Part shown: positions 11,101 through 19,278 of the stretch, piece after piece
Layout of the letters: each line of letters begins with the position of its first letter
How positions within the stretch are numbered: the first letter of the stretch is position 1
Assembly (NCBI RefSeq): GCF_000020385.1
Contig: NC_010814.1
Location: 2,700,001 to 2,732,000, forward strand
Reading direction: 5' to 3'
Length of the DNA: 32,000 bases
DNA from: Trichlorobacter lovleyi SZ
Lineage (GTDB): Bacteria > Desulfobacterota > Desulfuromonadia > Geobacterales > Pseudopelobacteraceae
Notes under the pieces: generated by a model
The model's input: the letters and a program-made list of their open reading frames with translations, nothing else
What the model was told of the DNA's origin: nothing
Databases searched by the model: none
Program-made: the position numbers and the translations under genes

Positions 11101-11276
11101 CACAGGGCAAGGGAGCGTTCAAACAGCCTGATCGCCTCGGGATAGCGCTTGACTTCAGTGGCCTTACTCCCCTCTTCCCAGAGGTTTTCCGCCTCGTTCT
11201 TACCGGCAAAGCCGGACGAACAGAAGTTGAACAGCAGCAGCAGGGAAAGAACGGGTATGACAACGCGACGGGTCAT
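8199..11276 (-). CDS. Secreted TPR-repeat protein with C-terminal CHAT (caspase-fold, clan CD) protease domain
   Basis: 1025 aa. Signal-peptide-like N-terminus MTRRVVIPVLSLLLLFNFCSSGFAG. Long array of TPR-like repeats (recurrent A..Y.EALxL). C-terminal CHAT signatures LIIVPDGILGTLPFE, HFATHA (His codon 8613-8615) and LVMLSACVTG (Cys codon 8463-8465). Confidence 0.85.
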   Translation of the reverse strand: MTRRVVIPVLSLLLLFNFCSSGFAGKNEAENLWEEGSKATEVKRYPEAIRLFERSLALCGYDVDCRWANLNGLGVVYDALDQNERARSYYEQALQLSRQRNNPEDLANDLLNLGALLYKGLEQHQRALPFLEESLKLYRQIRKADETALLLFHTGTVKTVLGRYPEAIRDLQESLGINRRLRNNAGISNALATLGQASNMSGNYNQAAGYYEEAIAIQRRANLEEDLCSSLNRKGLNEFDLHRIPAALAAFDEALRVAKRLGDKRQQANILNNIGVVYKGSGQYEQARSYYQQALILAQELGRKGMLATAGNNIGDLYAALGQQDRALASYQDALRINREIGARQEMATNLNNIAMVYYQTKRYDEAIRWHQQALELKRSIGNKLDIALGLSNLAAAYLFNGDPGTAEQLLNERRRLQIDKSGVNLRHPGLVEVYLQTGRYDQALALLQQQTPAALAGEQVVAEHEMQTGRALLGRGEYAGASRHLLKSYQLLEELRSSVAERGSFLTAGGGGGRFRTYRALTASVAEQALRGDPIVPELRNYGGGNAAAAFYFAEASKARTLIERVAESGRSSVASNSLPAVLREEELQLRQQLAALDAGRDQAVRGGAASYSQYQQQRQALHQRFERLIARLQREFPLYAAINYPRPVAAEQLPLAANELLLAYALGEDAGYLFVVRKGGVQRVVRIPLKRAALEEKIKNFLEPLTNRHQQDFSQPQAAELYRLLLAEGLSDARPTDRLIIVPDGILGTLPFEILALPGTASIKEAGYLGDRYAVSYYQSASLLALKRALPGGQPTRSLFALGNPDFGTTAGNQQGFRGLSVVPKQYGQPVLFPPLPETEAEVRRIAALLGTAIQPPDILLGSQATESMLRQSPLGGYRYLHFATHASLPGMIQEVNEPFILLSQRDKRSGSDGFLTLSEVLDLKLNAELVMLSACVTGVGKEVEGEGVANFARAFQSAGAGSVVVSLWEVASEPAVEYVTLFYGYLKQGKPHALALKLAREQMRKKYPNPFYWGVFVLHGEG

Positions 11277-11327
11277 GCAGTTACCCCCTGATGAAAAGCC
11301 TGTCTCAGACCTTGCAAGATGTCACCA

Positions 11328-14153
11328 TCACCGTACCTTCCCCACAGGGAACCCCTGCCCACTGATGGAGACCGTGGGAAACTGGGCACGTTTGAAAATC
11401 TTCTCTGCCAGATTCGGCACCTCATCCTCCACATAGGCGGCCAGATCGGTGGTTTTTATATAGCCGCTCCGCCCTTTGTCAGCCTTGCCCTGCAATCCCT
11501 GCACCAGAGTCCAGGTAAACAGCCCATGGCCCTGATAGCCCTCCAAGGCCTCCTGGACAGAGGTAGAGGCAGAAAGGATGGTGGAACCCACCGCACGGGA
11601 CAGCACCTTCATGGCGGTATCCTCACTCATACCGCGGGTCAGAAGGGCGGTCTGCATGGCCTGCCCCAGCTGACCGGCGTTGCAGGTATCGATCACGATC
11701 AGCTTCTTGGTGGAGGGTATGTTGGCCACCAGCTCTTTCAGCGCAGTCTGGGACAAGGCATCACTCTTCAGCTTTTGCGTACTGAGTGCACCAACATTGG
11801 AGGTAATCAGAAAATATTCACCTTCGTCAACCGTGCCGTGGCTGGCAATGTAGAGGATGAACAGGTCATCAGGATTGATGGCCTGGTAGCGTTGCAGGGC
11901 GCCGACAATCGCATCCCGGCTGGTGGCTTCCCGGGTAGTCAACGGGGTAACCCTGACCTCTTCAAACAGGCTGCTGGCCGCCGTGCGCAGGGTCTCGGCA
12001 AACAGATCGGCATCGGCCACGGCGTACTTGAGTTGCAACTTCGGATTACGGAATTCCTGTACACCGATCACCAGGGCATGCAGGGTTGGCTTGCGAATTG
12101 CAGAAAAACTGGCCTGCACCTGATGAACCGCCTCATTGCTCTGCATCGAGTTGTCGGCATTGAAGGCAATGGCCCGAATGGTGTTGCTGCCGGGGGAAAG
12201 CTTGAGGGTATAACTGCGATAGGTTGCATCGCCCCCCTCCTTCTGCACCGCCTTAAGCGAGCGGCTGCTGTCCAGCACGACGGCTGAGCCGTTCAGGAAC
12301 AGCCGCACATCACCAACACCGCCGCCCTGTTCCTCAAGCTTCAGAGTCAGTTTGAATGTCTCGTTGGCAGAACTGACAGCTGTCTGGACGATGCTGGCCC
12401 TGGGAGGCTGTTTGACATCGGCCAGGGTGCGGTACCCCTGCAACGAACCGCCGGCCAGGGCCAGCTTGACCAGGTCGGGTCGAAAGAAGGTCTCGCGGTA
12501 ATTCTCGATGCCATAGATGTTGCTGCCGACACGGACGTTTAGGTACTTATCGCCGTTGGCAGAGGCGTTGTAGTAGCCATCCGGGGTGATAATAATCCAT
12601 TCGCCATCTTCAAAGGTGTACAGATCAGCCAGCTGTTGTTTGGTTTTCCTGCTGCGCAGCTCAAGCTTGTGCCCTGTATCGTGCGTATAAAAATCACCCG
12701 TATTCCTGGTCAGAAAAATCATCCCCTGCAGCTGTCGGTAACGTTGCAGCTCCTGATAGCCGTCCTTCATGAACTCCGGGGGAACCTTGCGGTACAACTC
12801 GTGCGGGTCGAGCACCTCCCAGTCACCCCCCCCCAGGCCGCCGACCTTGGTCCCCTTCAAGCGTGACCGGGTGGTCACATTCTGTTGCTTCAGGGTGGCG
12901 GTCTCCAGATCCCACAGGTGAAACTTCAGCACGGCCTCTTTACGAGAGGCTGACCACTCCTCATGCCAGTTGAGTAGCCGGTTGCCGGAACACAACGAGC
13001 TTCTGAAACCGGCCGGCCTGACCCCAAAGCTCCTGACCAGCTCACCGGTCTGCGTCTGCCAGACCCGTACCCTGCCGTCATTAAACCCAACCCCCAGCAG
13101 TCCGTTGGCAGCAAGCGCATAGGGCCTCGCGTCATAGTTCAGTGATACATGCAGGTTCTCAAAAAGCAGTTTTCTCTCTGTGTACATGCCGTTTTTCAAC
13201 GGGGTGAGCAGCACCAGTTCCATGCGGGCTGCCTGGGGGGTATCGGTTCTATAGACATAGCCGACCAGCAGCCTGCCATCAGGTTCAAATCTGAAAAAGA
13301 GCTGTTCATCCCCGAAACCACCGATCACTTTTGTCTCTTTTATCAGCTCCCGCGGCGTATAGCTGAACACCGGCTGACCGGTTGCCAGATCGTACAGCTG
13401 TATGGCGCTTGAAGACCTCCCCCCCTGATAGGCCACCAGTTTTCCATCCGGTGAAAGCTTGAACTTAGCGCCATGAGAAATGGTTGGAATGACCAGCGAA
13501 CCTTTCCTGCGAACATTCAGGCTATCGTCATACAACACATAGCTAACAGTGCCATCCGGACCTGTGCCCTTGTGGAATACGCCGTAATAGCCGAACCCCA
13601 GATCGGTAACGCCATTGTTCTGGGTATAGATCTCATAGTCTTTATAGCGATTGATCTCTGGCAGGACCAGTTCTGAACCATCCTTCATGCTGTAGATTTT
13701 TATACCGAAAGAACCGTTAAACAGGTACTGACCGTCCTTACCGATGGCCGGATTCTGTAAAAACACGGGGCCTGCAAATCTGGGCAAGGTAATCGAACGC
13801 AGCTTTTTCCCATACAGATCATAGAGTTCGGCTGTTTTTTGATATAGAACCATGAAGGTGCTGTCATCGACAAAATAGATATTCGAGGCACGACCATATT
13901 CCGTTTGCAGCTTGATGGTCCTGATCTCCCGGCCGCTGGCCACCTCCCAGGTCTTCAGGTACCCCTCTGCCTCCTTGCTGACCAGATGACTGGCGCCCGG
14001 ATTGATGGCAACGAATTCGACGAGACCGGCATGCCCGGTTTGGGCAAAAACCTCCTGTTTGTCGGACGCCCATAAAGCCCCCGGCAACGTCCCCAGCATA
14101 AAGCAAAACACCACCGCAGTCAGCATCCAGATGGTTTGAAAGCTGCGCGCCAT
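11328..14153 (-). CDS. Secreted beta-propeller / Ig-like / peptidase C14 (caspase/orthocaspase-type) multidomain protein
   Basis: Start reassigned to ATG at 14153, preceded by GGAGGAG. This gives 941 aa beginning with the signal peptide MARSFQTIWMLTAVVFCFMLGTLPGALWA. The N-terminal two-thirds has repeated beta-strand-rich WD40/TolB-like segments (RVWQTQTGELVRSF, LSPDGKLVAY). An Ig-like segment follows (FKLTLKLEEQGGGVGDVRLFLNG). The C-terminal ~255 aa (about 11331-12095) is a caspase p20-like domain with HALVIGV, ASHG (His codon 11838-11840) and VIDTCNAG (Cys codon 11682-11684). Confidence 0.85.
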   Translation of the reverse strand: MARSFQTIWMLTAVVFCFMLGTLPGALWASDKQEVFAQTGHAGLVEFVAINPGASHLVSKEAEGYLKTWEVASGREIRTIKLQTEYGRASNIYFVDDSTFMVLYQKTAELYDLYGKKLRSITLPRFAGPVFLQNPAIGKDGQYLFNGSFGIKIYSMKDGSELVLPEINRYKDYEIYTQNNGVTDLGFGYYGVFHKGTGPDGTVSYVLYDDSLNVRRKGSLVIPTISHGAKFKLSPDGKLVAYQGGRSSSAIQLYDLATGQPVFSYTPRELIKETKVIGGFGDEQLFFRFEPDGRLLVGYVYRTDTPQAARMELVLLTPLKNGMYTERKLLFENLHVSLNYDARPYALAANGLLGVGFNDGRVRVWQTQTGELVRSFGVRPAGFRSSLCSGNRLLNWHEEWSASRKEAVLKFHLWDLETATLKQQNVTTRSRLKGTKVGGLGGGDWEVLDPHELYRKVPPEFMKDGYQELQRYRQLQGMIFLTRNTGDFYTHDTGHKLELRSRKTKQQLADLYTFEDGEWIIITPDGYYNASANGDKYLNVRVGSNIYGIENYRETFFRPDLVKLALAGGSLQGYRTLADVKQPPRASIVQTAVSSANETFKLTLKLEEQGGGVGDVRLFLNGSAVVLDSSRSLKAVQKEGGDATYRSYTLKLSPGSNTIRAIAFNADNSMQSNEAVHQVQASFSAIRKPTLHALVIGVQEFRNPKLQLKYAVADADLFAETLRTAASSLFEEVRVTPLTTREATSRDAIVGALQRYQAINPDDLFILYIASHGTVDEGEYFLITSNVGALSTQKLKSDALSQTALKELVANIPSTKKLIVIDTCNAGQLGQAMQTALLTRGMSEDTAMKVLSRAVGSTILSASTSVQEALEGYQGHGLFTWTLVQGLQGKADKGRSGYIKTTDLAAYVEDEVPNLAEKIFKRAQFPTVSISGQGFPVGKVR

Positions 14154-14179
14154 AGACTCCTCCAGTCGACACATCAAGT

Positions 14180-14482
14180 TCAACGTACCAGCCGCCATAA
14201 AATGCTGCCAACCACAATCACAAACGTTACCAACAGGGCCGCCACCACAAACCGGTGCGGAACAAATCCGGGATGCTGGCCACCACCTGCGGGAGTACCC
14301 CCGGCAGGAGATTTTCGGCGTCGCATACCCTGCAACAGTGCAGTTGTCAGGCCGCCGAACAAAAGGCTGAAGGCGAGAAAAAAAGCTGCACTGCCAGGCT
14401 GTTCTGCAGTGAACACAAGACCGGAAGTCACCAGGCTGAAGATGGTACAGCATGCGAAGACAACCAGCATGGCAATGCGCAT
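14180..14482 (-). CDS. Small predicted integral membrane protein (three hydrophobic helices), first gene of the caspase/CHAT operon
   Basis: 100 aa from ATG 14482, with AAGGGG 6 nt upstream. Three about 20-aa hydrophobic stretches are separated by a basic Gly/Pro-rich loop (MRRRKSPAGGTPAGGG). Ends 26 nt before the caspase gene start. No family recognised, so coding status rests on ORF, RBS and hydrophobicity only. Confidence 0.5.
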   Translation of the reverse strand: MRIAMLVVFACCTIFSLVTSGLVFTAEQPGSAAFFLAFSLLFGGLTTALLQGMRRRKSPAGGTPAGGGQHPGFVPHRFVVAALLVTFVIVVGSILWRLVR

Positions 14483-14623
14483 GACCATCCCCTTTCTTTA
14501 CACCGCATGAACTGCTCACCATGATAGCACAATCCTGGTGGTTTTCAGGGTTGGCTTGCAGATCTATCTGTTGCTGGTATAGTCGATGCTGCAATCTCAC
14601 ACAACAACACACGAGGATTCAAT

Positions 14624-15124
14624 ATGCAGACTGCCCGACTTGTCTGTTGCCTGTTGTCAATCATGCTGGCCGCATCTGGCCTGTCCCGGTCGGTAGCCGC
14701 CGCCGAACTGCCGGAAACGTGCCGTTTGCAACCGGTGAATGGCCGTTGCAAGGCGATGATAGAAAAATTCAGGTTTGATCAGGCCTGCGGGAAATGCGTT
14801 GCCTATTTTTACGACGGTTGTGGCCCGGTGGTACCTTTTGACAGCCTGGACGCCTGCCGGCAACTGTGTGAAGCAGCACAACCCGCACTGAAAAAGCGCG
14901 CCTCCGGCCTGTACTATGACCCGGTTGAGGATGACCCGCGTTATGCCGAGGTCTTCAGGAAGATTGATGCTGAGGTTCAAGAGGCACTTACCGGCCATCC
15001 GCAGCGGGGCAGCATGGGGTTCGTGCATCTGGTCTGGGAGACAAAGAAACGGATCTTGCTGCAGAAATACGGAATTGACTGGAAGACACCGGCGGAACTG
15101 AACCCGCAGGTCATGTTCGATTAG
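14624..15124 (+). CDS. Secreted protein with N-terminal BPTI/Kunitz-type protease inhibitor domain and an uncharacterised C-terminal domain
   Basis: 166 aa. GAGGA RBS 6 nt upstream. Signal peptide MQTARLVCCLLSIMLAASGLSRSVAAA. Cys spacing C33-x8-C42-x15-C58-x7-C66-x11-C78-x3-C82 (nt about 14720-14869) compares with the canonical Kunitz x8/x15/x7/x12/x3. Local matches to BPTI: GRCKAMIEKFRFD vs GPCKARIIRYFYN, YFYDGCG vs FVYGGCR, DACRQLC vs EDCMRTC. Confidence 0.7.
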   Translation: MQTARLVCCLLSIMLAASGLSRSVAAAELPETCRLQPVNGRCKAMIEKFRFDQACGKCVAYFYDGCGPVVPFDSLDACRQLCEAAQPALKKRASGLYYDPVEDDPRYAEVFRKIDAEVQEALTGHPQRGSMGFVHLVWETKKRILLQKYGIDWKTPAELNPQVMFD

Positions 15125-16359
15125 CCGGCAGCAGGGCTGTCATGCAGCGCCTTGACAACCGCTGCAACAACAGGGTCCCATTCCCCGGGTTCGGACTGGC
15201 GGAACAGCCGCATGTTCGGATACCAGCAGCACTGTTCCCCTGACAACCCCCAGCGCCAGTCCGGCGCAAACGGCACCAGCAGCCAGGTGGGCTTACCCAG
15301 TACGCCTGCCAGATGGGCCACAGCCGTATCAATGGTGATCACCAGATCAAGCCGCTCCAGCAAAGCCGCGGTATCGGCAAAATCCTGCACCAGCATGGTC
15401 AGGTCAACCATTGGCAGAGCAGGTTTTTCAACCGGCTCCCCCACCTGCAGAGACACCCACAGGGTACCGGTACAGGAGGCCAATTGTGCAAGCAGTGCGG
15501 CAGGCAGGCTGCGCCCCGGATCCGGATAGCGTTTGCCGGACCAACAGAGTCCAATCCGTTTGCTGACGTTGTCACCGGGCAGTACGCTCTGCCAGAACGG
15601 CAGCCGCGCGGCAGGCGTGGTCAGATACGGCACAACAGCCGGAATAGTCTCAAGGGTACTGCCCAGCAGGTACGGCAAGGACAGCAACGGCAGCTGGTAA
15701 TCAAAGTCAGTCAGATCCCGGCCGAACGGCAGTACCGTGATACCGGCGCCAAGGCTCTGCATCAGCGGGACCAGAGGAGGATGGCACTCGAACAGCACCT
15801 CTGCCCCCCGCTCCACCAGCAGCGGCAGATAGCGGCAGAACTGCAGGGTATCGCCAAAGCCCTGCTCGGCATAGATCAGGATGGTCTTGGCGGAGAGATC
15901 ACCACCAGACCAGCGGGGCTGGGAAAACTCACGCACCGGTGAGGTAAAGCGCCGTTTTTTCCAACGCCACTCATACTCTCTGAATCCGGCAGTGTAATTG
16001 CCTTGCAGCAACAGCAGCAGGGCATAATTCCAATGGGCCTCAGCATGATTCGGAGAGGCCTTCAACACCTTTGCGCATTCAACCAGGGCCTGCTGCACCT
16101 CTCCCTGCATCTGCAGACAGGTGGACAGGGCCACCCGGCTGTCATGCAACGAAGGGGCAAGTTGCAACGCCTGCTGATAACTTTTGACCGCCTGATCGAT
16201 AAAACCGAGTTCCAGCAACGTGTTGCCGCGGTTGTTCCAGAGCAGCGCCAGGGTGGGCCAGCGTCCGACCGCCTCATCGTACAGGGACAGGGCTTCATCA
16301 TAACGCCCGGCCTCGTGCAACGCTGCGCCTTCACGCATTATCTTTTCCAGCTCACCCAT
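15121..16359 (-). CDS. TPR-repeat protein with C-terminal glycosyltransferase family 9 (heptosyltransferase-like) domain
   Basis: 412 aa. N-terminal TPR repeats. C-terminal region with AEQGFGDTLQFCRYLPLL and ITIDTAVAHLAG motifs typical of the TPR+GT9-like family. AGGGG RBS. Starts 13 nt after the valS stop. Confidence 0.75.
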   Translation of the reverse strand: MGELEKIMREGAALHEAGRYDEALSLYDEAVGRWPTLALLWNNRGNTLLELGFIDQAVKSYQQALQLAPSLHDSRVALSTCLQMQGEVQQALVECAKVLKASPNHAEAHWNYALLLLLQGNYTAGFREYEWRWKKRRFTSPVREFSQPRWSGGDLSAKTILIYAEQGFGDTLQFCRYLPLLVERGAEVLFECHPPLVPLMQSLGAGITVLPFGRDLTDFDYQLPLLSLPYLLGSTLETIPAVVPYLTTPAARLPFWQSVLPGDNVSKRIGLCWSGKRYPDPGRSLPAALLAQLASCTGTLWVSLQVGEPVEKPALPMVDLTMLVQDFADTAALLERLDLVITIDTAVAHLAGVLGKPTWLLVPFAPDWRWGLSGEQCCWYPNMRLFRQSEPGEWDPVVAAVVKALHDSPAAG

Positions 16360-16372
16360 CGGCTACCCCTGG

Positions 16373-19066
16373 CTACTTCAGATTTCTGATCTTCTCCAGG
16401 CTTTCTTCCAGTACCGCCTTCTTTGCAGTAACGTCTGCCAGCTTGGCCTTTTCCTTGGCAACAATGTCAGCCGGAGCCCGGTCAACAAAGCTGGGATTCT
16501 CCAGTTTTTTCGAGAACTGCTCGATCTCTTTATCCAGCTTGGCGATCTCCTTCAGGAGCCGCTTCTCCTCTTCAGCCACATCCACCAGCCCCTTCAGCGG
16601 GACAAAGACCTGAAACCTGCCGGCCGGCTGCACAGAGGCATCTTCCGGCTTTTCCAGGTTACGCCCGATGGTCAGATCGGCCACCCGGGCCATGCTCCTG
16701 ATCTTTGATTCAAACAGTCGCGCCAGATCCTCGGCCTGCTGGGAACCTGTTGAAAGGATAACCGTAATTTCACGGGATGGAGGGACTTCCATCTCACCAC
16801 GAATGGTACGGATCGCCGAGATGACCTCCATCACCTGCTCCATCCGGCCGGCTGCGTCTTCAAACTGCCAGTCTTCACGGGGTTGCGGATAAGGGGCCAA
16901 CATGATGGATGGAGGCCAGTCGCCGCCTGATCCACGCAGATTGCAGCGGTCGCCCTTGGGCAGGGTCTGCCAGATCTCCTCAGTAATAAACGGCATGATC
17001 GGATGCAGCAGACGCAGCAGGTGTTCCAGCACGCTCCAGAGCACATACTGGGTAGTGCGGCGGCGCAGCGGATCATCACCGTACAGCTCCTGCTTGGACA
17101 GCTCCAGGTACCAGTCGCAGAACTCGCTCCAGGTAAACTGGTACAGCGTCATGGCTGCCTCGTTAAAACGGTACTCGTCAAGAGCCTGGTTGGTTGCACG
17201 GGCGGTTTCATTCAGACGGTGCAGGATCCATTCATCGGACTCGGTCAACCGCAGGTCTTCAAAAACCAGTTGATCCGGCTCAAAACCTTCCAGATTCATC
17301 ATGGTAAAGCGGGCCGCATTCCAGACCTTGTTGCAGAAATTGCGGTAACCGGAGATCCGCTCTTCAGCCAGCTTGATATCCCGACCCTGGGCGGCAAAAG
17401 CAGCCAGCGTAAAACGGAAGGCATCGGTACCGTACTGGTCGATCACCGTCAGCGGATCAATCACATTCCCCTTTGACTTGGACATCTTCTGGCCGTGGGC
17501 ATCCCGTACTAGGGCATGGATATAGACATCCTTGAACGGCACCTCATCCATGAAGTGCAGTCCCATCATCATCATGCGGGCTACCCAGAAGAAGAGGATG
17601 TCAAAGCCGGTCACCAGGGTTGCGGTGGGATAAAACCTTTTCAGCTCAGCGGTCTGATCAGGCCAGCCCATGGTGGAGAACGGCCAGAGTGCCGAAGAGA
17701 ACCAGGTGTCCAGCACGTCGGTTTCCTGGCGGAGTTCGTCACTGCCACACTGGCTGCAACTGGTCGGGTCTTCCATGGAAACGGTTATCTTGCCACAATG
17801 ATCGCAGAACCAGGCCGGGATACGGTGTCCCCACCAGATCTGACGCGAGATACACCAGTCCCGAATGTTCTCCATCCAGTCGTAATAGGTGTTTTCCCAC
17901 TGTTTGGGCAGGATGCGGGTACGACCATCCTTGACCGCCTGCAGCGCACGCTCGGCCAGCGGGCCAACCTTGACGTACCACTGCAGGGAGAGGTACGGCT
18001 CCACCACGGTCTTGCAACGGTAGCAGCCCCCCACCGACAGACCGTGATCGTCGATCTTCTCCAGCAGCCCTGCAACCTCAAGGTCCTCCACAATCCTGGT
18101 GCGGGCCTTGAAACGATCCAATCCTTCGTACTGATGTCCGGCAGCATTGATAATGCCCGACTCATCAAAGACATTGATCTTGTCCAGACCGTGGCGTGCC
18201 CCCACCTCAAAGTCGTTGAAATCATGGGCCGGGGTGATCTTGACCACACCGGTGCCGAACTCGCGGTCCACATACTCATCCGCAACCACCGGAATCTCAC
18301 GGTTCACCAGCGGCAGCAGCACCTTGGCGCCATGCAGATCGGCGTAGCGTTCATCTTCCGGATGCACCGCCACGGCGGTATCCCCCAGCATGGTCTCGGG
18401 CCGGGTGGTGGCCACGGTCAGGAAGCGGCCCGGCTGCCCCACCACCGGATAGCGGATATGCCAGAGGTGCCCCTTTTTCTCTTCATGCTCCACCTCGATA
18501 TCGGAAAGGGCGGTATGGCAGCGGGGACACCAGTTGATCAGGCGGTTATCGCGGTAGATCAACCCGTCCTCGTACAGTTTGACAAAGACCGTGCGCACCG
18601 CCTTGGACAGACCGGCATCCATGGTAAAGCGTTCCCGTTCCCAGTCACAGGAGGCACCCAGCCGCTTCAGTTGTCCAATGATCTGGCCACCCGACTCGGC
18701 CTTCCATTGCCAGACCCGCTCGATAAACGCCTCGCGCCCCAGATCATGACGATCCTTGCCTTCTGCAGCCAGTTGCCGCTCCACCACGTTCTGGGTGGCG
18801 ATACCGGCATGGTCGGTACCGGGCATCCAGAGCACGCTGTGACCGGTCATCCGCTTCCAGCGACAGAGGATATCCTGCAGGGTATTGTTGAGGGCATGCC
18901 CCATATGCAGGGCACCGGTGACGTTGGGCGGTGGGATGACAATACTGTAAGGTCTGCGGGGAGAGGCTTCATCAGCATGAAAATAGCCCTTTTCAGCCCA
19001 CTCGCCGTACCATTTTTTCTCTACCTCATGGGGTTCGTACCCCTTGGCCAGTTCCTTGTTGGACAT
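16373..19066 (-). CDS. valS: Valine--tRNA ligase
   Basis: Class I signatures PPPNVTGALHMGHA (HIGH) and KMSKSKGN (KMSKS). C-terminal coiled-coil arm. I prefer ATG at 19066 (GGGAA 6 nt upstream) over the GTG at 19069 used by the ORF track. Confidence 0.95.
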   Translation of the reverse strand: MSNKELAKGYEPHEVEKKWYGEWAEKGYFHADEASPRRPYSIVIPPPNVTGALHMGHALNNTLQDILCRWKRMTGHSVLWMPGTDHAGIATQNVVERQLAAEGKDRHDLGREAFIERVWQWKAESGGQIIGQLKRLGASCDWERERFTMDAGLSKAVRTVFVKLYEDGLIYRDNRLINWCPRCHTALSDIEVEHEEKKGHLWHIRYPVVGQPGRFLTVATTRPETMLGDTAVAVHPEDERYADLHGAKVLLPLVNREIPVVADEYVDREFGTGVVKITPAHDFNDFEVGARHGLDKINVFDESGIINAAGHQYEGLDRFKARTRIVEDLEVAGLLEKIDDHGLSVGGCYRCKTVVEPYLSLQWYVKVGPLAERALQAVKDGRTRILPKQWENTYYDWMENIRDWCISRQIWWGHRIPAWFCDHCGKITVSMEDPTSCSQCGSDELRQETDVLDTWFSSALWPFSTMGWPDQTAELKRFYPTATLVTGFDILFFWVARMMMMGLHFMDEVPFKDVYIHALVRDAHGQKMSKSKGNVIDPLTVIDQYGTDAFRFTLAAFAAQGRDIKLAEERISGYRNFCNKVWNAARFTMMNLEGFEPDQLVFEDLRLTESDEWILHRLNETARATNQALDEYRFNEAAMTLYQFTWSEFCDWYLELSKQELYGDDPLRRRTTQYVLWSVLEHLLRLLHPIMPFITEEIWQTLPKGDRCNLRGSGGDWPPSIMLAPYPQPREDWQFEDAAGRMEQVMEVISAIRTIRGEMEVPPSREITVILSTGSQQAEDLARLFESKIRSMARVADLTIGRNLEKPEDASVQPAGRFQVFVPLKGLVDVAEEEKRLLKEIAKLDKEIEQFSKKLENPSFVDRAPADIVAKEKAKLADVTAKKAVLEESLEKIRNLK

Positions 19067-19186
19067 CACGACTTCCCTGCCTTTACATGTTTTTACAGCG
19101 GATTGTGTTTATATACCGATGCAGCTGCCCCGGTCAAGGTTCTGCTCAAGCACGGTTCGCCAAGCAATTTTCATTAAAATTACCAT

Positions 19187-19215
19187 TGACCAACTAATCC
19201 GCAAATTGTTATCTT
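19187..19215 (+). promoter_or_regulatory. Candidate sigma70-type promoter upstream of the first precursor gene
   Basis: TTGACC (19187-19192), 17-nt spacer, TATCTT (19210-19215), about 65 nt upstream of ATG 19279. Pattern match only. Confidence 0.3.
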
Positions 19216-19278
19216 GACCATTAAGCTGGTAATTACACATCACGGCGTCTGGCAAAACAACAAAGAAAGGATTTTACC

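Noticed and set aside
8211-12287. Plus-strand ORFs 8211-8669, 9126-9527, 9443-10006, 9993-10592, 10818-11291 and 11319-12287
   Set aside because: All are antisense to the well-supported CHAT and caspase genes. None has recognisable domains.
14154-14612. N-terminal 153 codons of the 1094-aa ORF-track entry 11328..14612 (MCCCVRLQHRLYQQQ...)
   Set aside because: The Cys/Arg-rich segment does not look like protein, and it overlaps the separate 3-TM ORF (14180-14482) in another frame. The internal ATG at 14153 has a GGAGGAG RBS and starts a textbook signal peptide. The gene was therefore trimmed to 11328-14153.
17516-19177. 553-aa plus-strand ORF, with smaller ones at 16668-17476
   Set aside because: It is entirely antisense to valS, which has unmistakable HIGH/KMSKS signatures. 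The composition is low-complexity and Gly/His/Pro/Arg-rich, typical of shadow ORFs in GC-rich DNA.
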